A DNA stretch of 63,730 nt, the filler included, from Sandaracinaceae bacterium (GTDB taxonomy: Bacteria; Myxococcota_A; Polyangia; Polyangiales; JADJQN01): assembly GCA_947483975.1 (NCBI GenBank). It is 3 parts of 3 records of this genome, joined end to end, with 100 filler letters (N's around TTAATTAATTAA, not from the genome) between each part and the next. Parts side by side here need not be neighbours in the genome. Positions count along the whole stretch, not along the records: positions 1 to 22,081 come from CANKOL010000043.1; 2 more parts are not named here. The stretch is one strand, 5' to 3'. The notes below the pieces were generated by a model. That model had not been told where the DNA came from. It saw only the letters and a program-made list of their open reading frames with translations, and made no database searches. Within the stretch, counting starts at the first letter, position 1; each line of letters opens with the position of its first letter. Positions 1 to 9,560 of the stretch are shown here, piece after piece. The translations under genes were made by a program, and so were the position numbers.

Positions 1-2
1 GC

Positions 3-1439
3 GCGACCGCGCCCGTCGGCAATGGCATCGCGATCGTCGTGCGCGACGAGGCCTCGTTCGCGGCGAAGGACGCGCTCGACGCGGAGTTCGCGGCGGAGCG
101 CGCGTGCGGCGAGGCGAACGGCACGCGGATCGCGCACGGCGTCGCCGTCGTCACGCTCGTCGCCGAGGCGATGGGCCGCACGGCGAACGTCGCGGGGCGT
201 TTCTTCGCGGCGATCGGCGCGGTCGGCGTCAACGTGCGGGCGGCGTCGCAGGGCGCGACCTCGCGCGCGATCTCGTGCGTCGTCGACGCGGCGGACACGG
301 CCGCGGCGGTGCAGGCGGTGCACGCCGTGATGAACCTCGCCACCGAGCGCGTCAGCGTGCTCGTGCTCGGCAAGGGCACGGTGGGCGCGCAGTTCCTCGC
401 GCAGATGGGCGACGGGCGCGAGGCGCTCTCGCGGCGGCACGACGTCGACCTGCGCTTGGTCGGCGTCGCCGACAGTCGCGCGTCGTGGTTCGACGAGGCG
501 TCGAGCGAGCCGCACCGCGCGCTCGAGCGTTTGCAGGTGAGCGACGCGAACGACGACGTGCTCGCGCTGCTCGATCGGCTCAAGCGCCTGCCGCTGCCCG
601 TGCTCGTCGACTGCACCGCGTCGAGCGGCATGGAGCGCGTCTACGAGGCGGCGTTTGGGCGCGGCGTGCACGTCGTGACCGCCAACAAGAAGACGCTCGC
701 CCTGCCGACGCCGGAGCGCGACGCGCTCTTCGCGGCCGCCCGCCGCGCGCACCGCGCCTTCCGCTACGAGACGACCGTCGGCGCGAGCCTGCCGGTGATC
801 GAGACGCTGCAGAACCTGGTGCGCACCGGCGACCGCGTGCGCCTGATCGAGGGCTCGCTCTCCGGCACGCTCGGCTACCTCTCGAACGAGGTCTCACGCG
901 GCGTGCGGCTCTCGACTGCCGTCCGCGCCGCGCGCTCGCTCGGCTACACCGAGCCGCACCCGCGCGACGATCTTTCGGGCGTCGACGCGGCGAGGAAGGC
1001 GCTGATCTTGGCCCGCGAGCTCGGCCTCTCGCTCGAGCTCGAGGACGTCGAGGTCGAGCCCTTCGTGCCCGCAGAGTTCTTCGCGCACGACAGCGTCGAC
1101 GCGTTCTTCGACGCGCTCGCCACCTACGACGACGCGTTCGAGGCGCGCATCGAGGCGCTGCGTCGTGAGGGCAAGGTGCTGCGCTACCTCGTCAGCGTCG
1201 CCGCGCCCGACGCGGCGACCCCGGGCGCCAAGGCGCGCGTGCGCGTCGGACCGATCGGCGTCGCCGAGGCTCACCCCGCGGCACGCCTCCGCGGCACGGA
1301 GGCGTTCGTGGCGTTTCACACCGAGCGCTACAGCGACTACCCGCTCGTCGTGCAGGGCGCCGGCGCGGGCGGCGCCGTCACCGCCGCGGGCGTCCTCGCG
1401 GACGTGCTCGCGATCTCTCGAGCACGCCGCGGGCGCTGA
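3..1439 (+). CDS. thrA: Bifunctional aspartokinase/homoserine dehydrogenase, C-terminal part (ACT + HSDH), 5'-truncated by the window edge
   Basis: ACT-like segment then GKGTVG Rossmann motif, VVTANKK, YETTVGASLP, GYTEPHPRDDLSGVDAARK, QGAGAG; could equally be metL. Confidence 0.85.
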   Translation, partial: ATAPVGNGIAIVVRDEASFAAKDALDAEFAAERACGEANGTRIAHGVAVVTLVAEAMGRTANVAGRFFAAIGAVGVNVRAASQGATSRAISCVVDAADTAAAVQAVHAVMNLATERVSVLVLGKGTVGAQFLAQMGDGREALSRRHDVDLRLVGVADSRASWFDEASSEPHRALERLQVSDANDDVLALLDRLKRLPLPVLVDCTASSGMERVYEAAFGRGVHVVTANKKTLALPTPERDALFAAARRAHRAFRYETTVGASLPVIETLQNLVRTGDRVRLIEGSLSGTLGYLSNEVSRGVRLSTAVRAARSLGYTEPHPRDDLSGVDAARKALILARELGLSLELEDVEVEPFVPAEFFAHDSVDAFFDALATYDDAFEARIEALRREGKVLRYLVSVAAPDAATPGAKARVRVGPIGVAEAHPAARLRGTEAFVAFHTERYSDYPLVVQGAGAGGAVTAAGVLADVLAISRARRGR

Positions 1440-1443
1440 GCGC

Positions 1444-1548
1444 TCAGCTGTGAGTCTCGGCCGACCTAGCCTTCAGCTATGCGTCTCGCCGACTCAGCCT
1501 TCAGCTATGAGTCTCGCGGACTCAGCCTTCAGCTGTGAGTCTCGCGGA
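1444..1548. repeat. ~3.7 tandem copies of a 28-29 bp unit duplicating the serC 3' end
   Basis: Units start at 1444, 1473, 1501, 1529; consensus TCAGCT(A/G)TGAGTCTCGCGGACTCAGCCT; the last copy holds the serC stop codon. Confidence 0.95.
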
Positions 1549-2617
1549 ACTCGTTCATGAACGTGACGAGCTTCTGCACGTCCGCGAGCGGCACCGCGTT
1601 GTAGATCGACGCGCGCAGCCCGCCGACGATGCGGTGACCCTTGAGCCCCGCGAGCCCGCGCGCCTCGGCGTCCTTGAGGAACGCCGCCTCGAGCTCCGGC
1701 GTGTGCAGGTTCCACACGACGTTCATCTCGCTGCGCGACGCGACCTCGACCGGCCCGCGGTAGAAGCCCGCGCTCTCGTCGATCGCCGCGTAGATCAGGC
1801 GCGCCTTCTCGCCGTTCGTCTTCTTCAGCGCCATCACGCCGCCCTGCGCCGCGATCCAGCGGAGCGTGTTGCGGATCAGGTACACGCCGAACGTCGGGAT
1901 CGTGTTGTAGAGCGACTGCTCCTTCGCGTGCGTCGCGTAGCGGAAGATCACCGGGATGTCTTTGCGCCCCGAGGCGATCAGGTCCTTGCGCACGATGACG
2001 ACGGTGATGCCCGTCGGCCCGATGTTCTTCTGCGCGCCGGCGTAGACGAGCCCGACCTTCGACCAGTTGAGCGGGTACGAGAGCACGTCGCTCGACATAT
2101 CGAGGACCTGCACGACGTTCCCGGTGTCGGGCGCGTAGTGGTACTGCGTGCCCATCACGGTGTTGTTGGTCGTGTAGTGGAAGTACGCGGCCTTCGGGTC
2201 GAGGTTGAGCTCCTCTTGCGTCGGCACGCGCCTGTACTTTCCGTCGGTGCCCGTGTCGGCCGCCTTGCGGACGGTGCCGACGTTCTTCGCCTCGGCGAAG
2301 GCCTTCTCTGCCCAGACGCCGGTGAGCGCGTAGTCGGCGCTCTGCCCGGGGTGCAGCAGGTTCATCGGCACGACCGCGAACTGCTGGCTCGCGCCCCCCT
2401 GCAAGAAGAGGATCTCGAAGTCCGCCGGCACGCGCGCGTGCTCGCGGAAGAGCGCCATCGCCTCGTCGTGCACCTTCATGTAGACGGCGCCTCGGTGCGA
2501 GTGCTCGAGGATCGACATGCCCGAGCCCTCGAAGTCGAGCAGCTCGTCGCGAGCGAGCTCGAGGGCAGAGAGCGGAAGCGCAGCGGGACCAGGATTGAAA
2601 TTGGCGACGCGTGTCAT
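1529..2617 (-). CDS. serC: Phosphoserine aminotransferase
   Basis: NFNPGPAALP, SILEHSHR, LQGGASQQF, DMSSD, YAGAQKNIGP (PLP lysine), KGHRIVGGLRASIYNA. Confidence 0.97.
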   Translation of the reverse strand: MTRVANFNPGPAALPLSALELARDELLDFEGSGMSILEHSHRGAVYMKVHDEAMALFREHARVPADFEILFLQGGASQQFAVVPMNLLHPGQSADYALTGVWAEKAFAEAKNVGTVRKAADTGTDGKYRRVPTQEELNLDPKAAYFHYTTNNTVMGTQYHYAPDTGNVVQVLDMSSDVLSYPLNWSKVGLVYAGAQKNIGPTGITVVIVRKDLIASGRKDIPVIFRYATHAKEQSLYNTIPTFGVYLIRNTLRWIAAQGGVMALKKTNGEKARLIYAAIDESAGFYRGPVEVASRSEMNVVWNLHTPELEAAFLKDAEARGLAGLKGHRIVGGLRASIYNAVPLADVQKLVTFMNEFRETHS

Positions 2618-2714
2618 GGCGCGCGAGCGTACCGCGCGAGGTCCGGTTGGGCCACGGAGTGGTGTGCGCGCCGCGCGGTGTGCCGGCGCGCGCGAGGCAG
2701 GCTAAGGACGCCCG

Positions 2715-3410
2715 ATGTCTCGAACCCACAGCGAATGGCACCGCACGGAGCGCATCGGCTGGCTGCGGGCGACGGTGCTCGGCGCCAACGACGGCATCGT
2801 GTCCACCGCGAGCCTGGTGCTCGGCGTCGCCGCGTCGCACGCCACGCGCGGCAGCCTCCTCGTCGCGGGCGGCGCCGGGCTCGTCGCGGGCGCGATGTCG
2901 ATGGCCGCTGGCGAGTACGTCTCGGTGCACTCGCAGGCCGACACGGAGCGCGCCGAGCTCGAGAAGGAGCGCGCCGAGCTCGCCGCGGACCCCGTCGCTG
3001 AGCACAAGGAGCTCGCGGCCATCTACGTCGGCCGCGGGCTCGACCGCGCGCTCGCCGAGCAGGTCGCGGAGCAGCTGATGGCGCACGACGCCGAGGGCGC
3101 GCACGCGCGGGACGAGCTCGGCATCACGGAGACGCTGAGCGCGCGCCCGCTGCAGGCGGCGCTGGCGTCGGCGGGGAGCTTCGCCGCGGGCGCTGCGCTG
3201 CCGCTCGCGATCGCGGCGCTGGTCCCGATGCACCTGCTGCTGCCGACGGTGGCGGGCGCTGCGCTGATCTCGCTGGCGGCGCTCGGCAGCGTGTCCGCGC
3301 GCGTCGGCGGCGCGAAGATGGGCCCCGCGGCGCTCCGCGTGACGTTCTGGGGTGCGCTCGCGATGGCGCTGACGGCGGGCGTCGGCGCGCTCGTCGGCGC
3401 CGCGCTCTGA
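2715..3410 (+). CDS. VIT1/CCC1 family Fe/Mn transporter
   Basis: WLRATVLGANDGIVST, SMAAGEYVSV, HARDELG motifs and hydrophobic helices. Confidence 0.95.
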   Translation: MSRTHSEWHRTERIGWLRATVLGANDGIVSTASLVLGVAASHATRGSLLVAGGAGLVAGAMSMAAGEYVSVHSQADTERAELEKERAELAADPVAEHKELAAIYVGRGLDRALAEQVAEQLMAHDAEGAHARDELGITETLSARPLQAALASAGSFAAGAALPLAIAALVPMHLLLPTVAGAALISLAALGSVSARVGGAKMGPAALRVTFWGALAMALTAGVGALVGAAL

Positions 3411-3461
3411 GCTGAGCGCGGTTGCTTGCGCGGTCGGCTCTGCGCGATGCTGCGCGCCACC

Positions 3462-4871
3462 ATGCACATAGACTTCCTCGGCGCAGCGCAGACGGTGACG
3501 GGCTCGATGCACATGGTCCGCACCTCGCGGGCGACGGTGCTGCTCGACTGCGGGCTCTTCCAAGGCCGTCGTCGCGAGGCGCTCGAGCGCAACCGCGCGC
3601 TGCCCTTTCGTCCGGGCGACGTCGACGCCGTGATCCTCTCCCACGCGCACATCGATCACTCGGGCGCGCTCCCCGTGCTCGCCTCGCACGGCTATCGCGG
3701 GCCGATCTTCTCGACGCCCGCGACGCGCGACCTCTGCGCGGTGATGCTCGAGGACGCGGCGCACATCCAGGAGAGCGACGCGCGCGTCGTCAACAAGCTG
3801 ATCGATCGCGGGGAGCTCTCGGGCGAGCACGTCGAGCCGCTCTACACCGCAGACGATGTGCTGCGCGCGCTCGAGGCGATGATCGCCGTGCCCTATCACC
3901 GCGCCTTCGACGTCGCGCCGGGCGTGCGCGCGACGTTCCTCGACGCGGGGCATGTGCTCGGCAGCGCGATCGTGGTGCTCGACGTCGAGGACGGCGGGCA
4001 GTCGCGTCGGCTCGTCTTCACCGGGGATCTCGGGCGGGTGGGCACGCCGATCTTGCGCGACCCGGAGGTCCCCGACGGCGCCGACGCGCTGATCCTCGAG
4101 AGCACCTACGGCGACCGCCTACACCCCGCGCGCGCCGAGATGGAGGACGCGCTCGCCGACGTCATCGTCCAGGCGCACGCCCGCGGGGGCAAGGTGATCA
4201 TCCCGACGTTCGCGCTCGAGCGCGCGCAGGAGATCATCCTCGCGCTGAAGCGCCTGCGGACCTCGGTGCGCATCCCGAAGATGCCGATCTACGTGGATTC
4301 GCCGCTCGCCGTGAAGGTGACCGAGGTGTTCCGAATGCACCCGGATTGCTACGACGCCGAGACGCGCGCGCTGCTCGAGGGCGGTGACGGGCCCTTCGAC
4401 ATCGACACGCTCGCCTATGTGTCGGAGGTGGAGGAGAGCAAGCGCCTGTCGCGCGGCGACGAGAGCGCGATCATCCTCGCCGGCAGCGGGATGTGCGAGT
4501 CGGGGCGGGTCGTGCATCACCTGCGCTCGACCATCGAGAGCGAGAAGAACGTCGTCGTCATCGTCGGCTTCCAGGCGCAGCACACGCTCGGGCGTCGGCT
4601 GGTCGAGCGGCAGCAGCGGGTGCGCCTCTTCGGCGTCGAGCGCGAGCGCCGCTGTGAGGTCGCCGTCCTCAACGGCTTCAGCGCGCACGCCGACCAGCGC
4701 GACCTGCTCGGCTTCGTGAAGGAGACGCGCGCCCGCGGGCGGCTCGGCACCGTGGCGCTCGTGCACGGCGAGCCGTCGGCCCAGCGCGTGCTGCGAGACG
4801 AGCTGCTCGCGACCGGGCTCACCGACGTGCAGATCCCGGCGCGCGGCGACACCCTGGAGCTCGCGCGCTGA
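3462..4871 (+). CDS. Metallo-beta-lactamase fold beta-CASP ribonuclease
   Basis: FLGAAQTVTGS, SHAHIDH, AGHVLGS, ESTYGDRLH, FSAHAD, VHGE; start placed at ATG 3462. Confidence 0.92.
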   Translation: MHIDFLGAAQTVTGSMHMVRTSRATVLLDCGLFQGRRREALERNRALPFRPGDVDAVILSHAHIDHSGALPVLASHGYRGPIFSTPATRDLCAVMLEDAAHIQESDARVVNKLIDRGELSGEHVEPLYTADDVLRALEAMIAVPYHRAFDVAPGVRATFLDAGHVLGSAIVVLDVEDGGQSRRLVFTGDLGRVGTPILRDPEVPDGADALILESTYGDRLHPARAEMEDALADVIVQAHARGGKVIIPTFALERAQEIILALKRLRTSVRIPKMPIYVDSPLAVKVTEVFRMHPDCYDAETRALLEGGDGPFDIDTLAYVSEVEESKRLSRGDESAIILAGSGMCESGRVVHHLRSTIESEKNVVVIVGFQAQHTLGRRLVERQQRVRLFGVERERRCEVAVLNGFSAHADQRDLLGFVKETRARGRLGTVALVHGEPSAQRVLRDELLATGLTDVQIPARGDTLELAR

Positions 4872-4907
4872 GGTGGTCGCGTCGTCGCGGGCGCGTATTT
4901 GGCCCGC

Positions 4908-6035
4908 ATGACGCCCGTTCGCGTGCCCGCGGTTCGTCGCGGCAGCTTGCTGCTCTATCGCTTTCTCGACCTCGGGGAGGCGGTGGATCTCCTCCGCGTC
5001 GAGGCGCTGCTGGCGCTCGAGGGGCCGGTGCATCGGGTTCGGCTGCGGCGCGAGGCGAGCGCGGCCCTCGCGTTTGCCGCCCTACCGCTCGAGGTCGGGC
5101 TCGGGCCGCGCGAGGTCGTGCTCGCCGGCGGGGAGCTGCTGCGCGGCGAGGTGCGCGCGCGGGTGTTCGGCTTTGGCGTGCTCTCGGTGTTGCTCGAGGT
5201 GCCCGTGGTCGAGGGCACCTCGCTCGCGGCGCTCGTGCCACGCTGCGCGGCCGCGTGGGACGCGCCTGAGCTCGACGCGCTCGCGCGCACGGTGGCGGAC
5301 TTGATCGTGCCGCGGCTCGGCGAGGCGCTCGTCGGGGCGCACGGCTCGCCGGTCACCGAGAGCTACGGCGTGCTCTTCGTCGAGTCGCTGGAGCCGGACG
5401 GGGACCCGCTCCTCGCGGGCCCCGAGTCGGAGGACGCGATCGTGCGGCTCGTGCTCGGGGAGGCCGATCCGCGCCCGATCTCGCAGAGCGAGCGCGACGA
5501 TGTGCTGCGGCACGCGTACCGCTACTTCGCCGACGACCTCGCCGTCGTGCACTGGAACAGCGCCTTCGTGCTCGAGCCGACGGGCAACCGCGACGTCCCG
5601 ACCGTGCTCGAGCTCGCGACGTCTCAGCTCCTCGAGCTGCGGACGCACGACGAGCGCCTCGACCGGGACCTCGACCGCGTGTACGCGGAGCTCGCGCGCA
5701 CGCGGACGCGCGGCTGGTGGCTCCTCGGGGGCCGGCACGGAGCGCTCGCGCGGGACGTCGAGGAGCGCCTCCTCGAGCTGGTCGAGCTCGCCGACCGCGC
5801 CGGCAACGGCGTGAAGATGGCCGCGGACTTCTTCCTCGCGCGCGTCTACCTCGCGGCGCTCCGACGCGTGCACGTCCCGCTCTGGCGGGAGAGCGTCGAC
5901 CGCAAGCTGGTCGCGTTTCGGGAGGTGTACGCCGTGCTCACCACCGACGCGCACGCGCGCCGCGCGAACCTGCTCGAGCTCGTCGTGGTGCTGCTGATCC
6001 TCTTCGAGATCGTGTGGGCGCTGATCGGGCGCTGA
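4908..6035 (+). CDS. Conserved hypothetical protein, RMD1/DUF155-like, with C-terminal membrane helix
   Basis: Normal coding ORF ending LELVVVLLILFEIVWAL; family recognised only loosely. Confidence 0.55.
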   Translation: MTPVRVPAVRRGSLLLYRFLDLGEAVDLLRVEALLALEGPVHRVRLRREASAALAFAALPLEVGLGPREVVLAGGELLRGEVRARVFGFGVLSVLLEVPVVEGTSLAALVPRCAAAWDAPELDALARTVADLIVPRLGEALVGAHGSPVTESYGVLFVESLEPDGDPLLAGPESEDAIVRLVLGEADPRPISQSERDDVLRHAYRYFADDLAVVHWNSAFVLEPTGNRDVPTVLELATSQLLELRTHDERLDRDLDRVYAELARTRTRGWWLLGGRHGALARDVEERLLELVELADRAGNGVKMAADFFLARVYLAALRRVHVPLWRESVDRKLVAFREVYAVLTTDAHARRANLLELVVVLLILFEIVWALIGR

Positions 6036-6117
6036 GCGCCCGGGCGGGCCGCACGCCGTCGGACACGCGCGGAGCCCTGTAGAATGGGGGCGCCGGGCTA
6101 CAGCGACGGAAAGCAAA

Positions 6118-6142
6118 GAGGCTGCGCTTTTGGCGCAGCCTC
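6118..6142 (-). terminator. Intrinsic terminator downstream of tRNA-Ala
   Basis: 10-bp stem GAGGCTGCGC/GCGCAGCCTC with 5-nt loop, followed on the minus strand by TTTGCTTT. Confidence 0.75.
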
Positions 6143-6154
6143 AGTCTTCGGCGG

Positions 6155-6227
6155 TGGAGATGACAGGGATCGAACCTGCGACCTCTAGAGTGCGGATCTA
6201 GCGCTCTCCCAGCTGAGCTACATCCCC
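6155..6227 (-). tRNA. tRNA-Ala(CGC)
   Basis: GGGGATG/CATCTCC acceptor stem with G3:U70, D arm GCTCAGCTGGGAGAGC, anticodon arm CTAGA-TCCGCAC-TCTAG, T arm GGTTCGATCC, discriminator A; CCA not fully encoded. Confidence 0.96.
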
Positions 6228-6242
6228 GAAACGAAGGCGCCG

Positions 6243-6270
6243 ACTATACTCGCGCATTCGGTTGCCGCAA
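6243..6270 (-). promoter_or_regulatory. Putative sigma70 promoter of tRNA-Ala
   Basis: TTGCGG-N16-TATAGT followed by GC-rich discriminator CGGCGCC. Confidence 0.6.
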
Positions 6271-6314
6271 GTGCTAAGCAACGCGTCGCGAGGAACCTCG
6301 CGAGGAGGCACGGC

Positions 6315-7481
6315 ATGGCGTTCCAAGGGGTCGACTTCTACGGCATCGACGATCTGCTGACCGACGAAGAGAAGCTCGTGCGCGCGAGCGTGCGCCGCTT
6401 CGTCGAGGCGAAGATCGTTCCCATCATCGGAAAGCACTATCAAGAAGGGTCCTTCCCGCTGGAGCTGATCCCCGAGTTTGCGGAGCTCGGGCTCCTCGGC
6501 GCGAGCCTCACCGGCTACGGCTGCGCCGGCATGGGCGCCGTCGCCTACGGGCTCGCGACGCAGGAACTCGAGCGCGGCGACTCCGGAATTCGTTCGTTCT
6601 GCTCCGTGCAGAGCGGCCTCGTCATGTATCCGATCTGGGCGTTCGGCTCCGAGGCGCAGAAGGAGCGCTACCTGCCCGGCATGGCCGGCGGCACGATCAT
6701 CGGCTGCTTCGGCCTGACCGAGCCGGACTTCGGCTCCAACCCGACGGGCATGCTGACCCGCGCCGAGCGCATCAGCGGCGGCGGCTATCGGCTGAACGGC
6801 ACCAAGCGCTGGATCACGAACGCGACCATCTCCGACGTCTGCGTCGTGTGGGCGAAGCTCGACGGCGTCGTGCACGGCTTCCTCGTGCCGAAGGGCACGC
6901 CCGGGCTCACCACGCGCAAGATCGAGGACAAGTTCTCGCTGCGCGCGAGCGTGACGGGTGAGCTGATCCTCGAGGATTGCGAGCTCCCGGAGGACGCGAT
7001 CCTCCCGGGCGTCAAGGGCATGAAGGGCCCGCTCTCGTGCCTCTCGCAGGCGCGGTACGGCATCGCCTGGGGCGCGGTCGGTGCGGCGATGAGCTGCTAC
7101 GAGACGGCGCTCGACTACGCCGGGAGTCGTCTGCAGTTCGGGCGCCCGCTCTCGGGCTTCCAGCTGGTGCAGGCGAAGCTGGTCGAGATGGTAAGCGAGA
7201 TCACCAAAGCGCAGCTCTTGGCGCTCCAGATGGGGCGGCTGAAGGAGGCGGGCAAGCTCCGGCCGGCGCAGATCTCCCTGGCGAAGCGCAACAACGTCAA
7301 GATCGCGCTCGACATCGCCCGCGTCGCCCGCGACATCCTCGGCGCGAACGGGATCATGTTCGAGTACCCCGTGGGCCGTCATATGATGAACCTCGAGTCG
7401 GTCATCACGTACGAGGGCACCCACGACATCCACACGCTGATCGTCGGGCAGGACATCACGGGTCAGGCCGCGTTCGAGTGA
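6315..7481 (+). CDS. gcdH: Acyl-CoA dehydrogenase, glutaryl-CoA dehydrogenase-like
   Basis: ELERGDSGIRS, FGLTEPDFGS, KFSLRASVTG, ILGANGI, TYEGTHDIH; AGGAGG RBS. Confidence 0.85.
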   Translation: MAFQGVDFYGIDDLLTDEEKLVRASVRRFVEAKIVPIIGKHYQEGSFPLELIPEFAELGLLGASLTGYGCAGMGAVAYGLATQELERGDSGIRSFCSVQSGLVMYPIWAFGSEAQKERYLPGMAGGTIIGCFGLTEPDFGSNPTGMLTRAERISGGGYRLNGTKRWITNATISDVCVVWAKLDGVVHGFLVPKGTPGLTTRKIEDKFSLRASVTGELILEDCELPEDAILPGVKGMKGPLSCLSQARYGIAWGAVGAAMSCYETALDYAGSRLQFGRPLSGFQLVQAKLVEMVSEITKAQLLALQMGRLKEAGKLRPAQISLAKRNNVKIALDIARVARDILGANGIMFEYPVGRHMMNLESVITYEGTHDIHTLIVGQDITGQAAFE

Positions 7482-7601
7482 GTCTCGCCGAGGGGCGTCG
7501 TGCGAGCGACGTCCTTCGACGCGGTTGTTTTGCGGTGATAGCGGCCAGAAGGCAGCGTCTACGTGGGGCCCGACGCGTCGGCGTCGGGCGCACGAGCGTC
7601 T

Positions 7602-8276
7602 TCAGGTCAGCAGGTCCGCGATGCCGGCGCGCGTGATCGCCTCCGCGAGGGCGTCGTCGTCGTCGGCACAAGGGTCGAGCGTCAGGACCCGCGCGTCGAG
7701 GCGCTCGCGCAGGATCTGGGCGTTCGACTCTCGGGACACGTCCCCAGCGCCGTGCCGCGACAAGACGATCGCAGCGAGGGGTAGCCCGAGCGCGCGGGCG
7801 GCGAGGTCGAGCGCGAGCACCTGGGAGAGCACGCCGAGGACGTCCGGCGCGACGAGGACGATCGGGACGCGCAGGGCCCGGACGAGGTCCGCGGTGGTGC
7901 GCGCATGGTCGAGGGGAACGAGCAGCCCGCCGAGTCCCTCGATCACCGCGTGGGTCGAGCCGGCGCACGCGTCGGCGATCGCGCGCACGAGCGCGCGGGT
8001 GCTTGGAACCGGTGCCTCGCCGGAGAGCGTCGCGGCGTAGGGCGCCGCAGCGAGGCGCGCGCGGTAGAGGCCGGGGGCGTCCGCCAGGGTCGGCCGTCGC
8101 GCGGCTTGGGCGAGCGCGCGGGCGTCGAGCGCACGGCCGTCCAGGCAGCCGGTCTCGAGGGGCTTGAGGGCGGCGACGTGCGTGCCACGTGAAACGAGCG
8201 CTCGGGCGAGTCCGCGCGCGACGTAGGTCTTTCCGGCGCCAGTGCTGGTGCCGGCGATGAACAGGCCCGGGATCAC
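7602..8276 (-). CDS. bioD: Dethiobiotin synthase
   Basis: GTSTGAGKT P-loop, KPLETG, IEGLGGLLVPL; overlaps the bioF stop. Confidence 0.93.
   Translation of the reverse strand: MIPGLFIAGTSTGAGKTYVARGLARALVSRGTHVAALKPLETGCLDGRALDARALAQAARRPTLADAPGLYRARLAAAPYAATLSGEAPVPSTRALVRAIADACAGSTHAVIEGLGGLLVPLDHARTTADLVRALRVPIVLVAPDVLGVLSQVLALDLAARALGLPLAAIVLSRHGAGDVSRESNAQILRERLDARVLTLDPCADDDDALAEAITRAGIADLLT
8181..8196. promoter_or_regulatory. Degenerate parS-like site inside bioD
   Basis: CGTGCCACGTGAAACG; core CACGTGAAAC shared with the sites at 9772 and 9798. Confidence 0.4.
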
Positions 8277-9493
8277 GGGCGCTCCTCGTCCGGGGTCCGC
8301 GGCGCGGAGGGCGCGGCGCCGGGTCGAATGCCCGCGAGCTCGCGGACGGCAGCGAAGCCTTCGAGCGCCTCATCGAGCTGGGCGCGGGTGTGCGTCGCCA
8401 TCGGCACGACGCGCAGTCGGCTGGTCCCGGTGGGCACGGTCGGTGGGCGGATCGCCTGGACGAAGCTGCCGTGGGCCCGCAGCGCGGTCGCGACGGCGAC
8501 GGTCGTGGCGGGGTCGCCGAGGAGGACGGGCACGATGGGCGTGCTCCCGTCGGGCACCGCGTAGCCGAGCGCGCGAAGGCGTTGGCGCAGGTGGGCGGCG
8601 TGGGAGAGGAGCGTCGCGCGACGGGCGTCTGCATCACGGACGAGCTCCGTCGCGGTGACGGCGGCGGCGGCGAGCGAAGGTGGGGTGGCGGTCGAGAAGA
8701 CGAAGCTCCGAGCGCGGTTCTCGACGAGGCGAACCAGCTCTGTAGCCGCAGCGACGAAGGCGCCCGCCGTGCCGAGCGCCTTACCGAGGGTGCCGACGAG
8801 CACGTCCGGGACGACGCCGACGGCGCGGGCGTAGCCGCCGCCTTGGGGACCGAAGACGCCGAGCGCGTGGGCCTCGTCTACGAAGAGCGCCGCGTCGTGC
8901 GCGTCGGCGAGAGCGCGGAGCGCTCGGAGGTCGGCGACGTCGCCGTCCATCGAGAAGATGGTCTCCGTGACGATCACCGCCTGGGCGCCGAGCGGGCGCT
9001 CCGAGCGGAGCAGGTCGGCGAGGGCGCCCAGGTCGCCGTGCGGGAAGACGACCACCCGCGCGCGGCTGAGGCGACAGCCGTCGATCAGGCTCGCGTGGTT
9101 GAGCGCGTCAGAGAAGATGACGTCGCCCGGGCCGAAGAGCGCCTGGAGCGCGCCGACGTTCGCTGCGTAGCCGGACGCGAAGAAGAGCGCCGCGGGTAGG
9201 GCGACGAGGTCGGCGAGGGCGCGCTCTGCGGCGCGGTGGGCGCTCATCGTGCCGCTGATCAGCCGTGAGGCTCCGGCGCCGGCGCCATCCTGGGTCAGGG
9301 AGCGCTGCAGCGACTCCACGAGGCGGGGGTCGTCGGCGAGGCCGAGGTAGTTGTTCGAGCAGAGGCAGAGGAGTCGGCGCCCGTCCACGGTGACGAACGG
9401 GCCCTGCGGCGAGGTGATCTCCGGGGGAGTGCGGAGTAGCCCAGCCTGCGCGAGGGCTTCGAGGCGATGGCGTGCGGCGTCGAGGAGGGACAT
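8273..9493 (-). CDS. bioF: 8-amino-7-oxononanoate synthase
   Basis: SNNYLGL, GAGASRLISG, NHASLIDG, DEAH, GTLGKALG, IRPPTVP. Confidence 0.95.
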   Translation of the reverse strand: MSLLDAARHRLEALAQAGLLRTPPEITSPQGPFVTVDGRRLLCLCSNNYLGLADDPRLVESLQRSLTQDGAGAGASRLISGTMSAHRAAERALADLVALPAALFFASGYAANVGALQALFGPGDVIFSDALNHASLIDGCRLSRARVVVFPHGDLGALADLLRSERPLGAQAVIVTETIFSMDGDVADLRALRALADAHDAALFVDEAHALGVFGPQGGGYARAVGVVPDVLVGTLGKALGTAGAFVAAATELVRLVENRARSFVFSTATPPSLAAAAVTATELVRDADARRATLLSHAAHLRQRLRALGYAVPDGSTPIVPVLLGDPATTVAVATALRAHGSFVQAIRPPTVPTGTSRLRVVPMATHTRAQLDEALEGFAAVRELAGIRPGAAPSAPRTPDEERP

Positions 9494-9560
9494 CGGCGGC
9501 CGGGAGCGTAGTACGGGGGGGCGCGGCGGGCACGGGAGGCGCCGGTTGGCGTTGGCTGAG

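Noticed and set aside
1444..1548. 28-bp palindromic repeats as a CRISPR array
   Set aside because: Units are contiguous with no spacers, derive from serC coding sequence, and no cas genes are present.
6061..6117. TAGAAT -10-like hexamer and CTGTAG/CTACAG repeat downstream of the tRNA as an sRNA or integration scar
   Set aside because: No convincing -35, no duplicated tRNA 3' end and no integrase.
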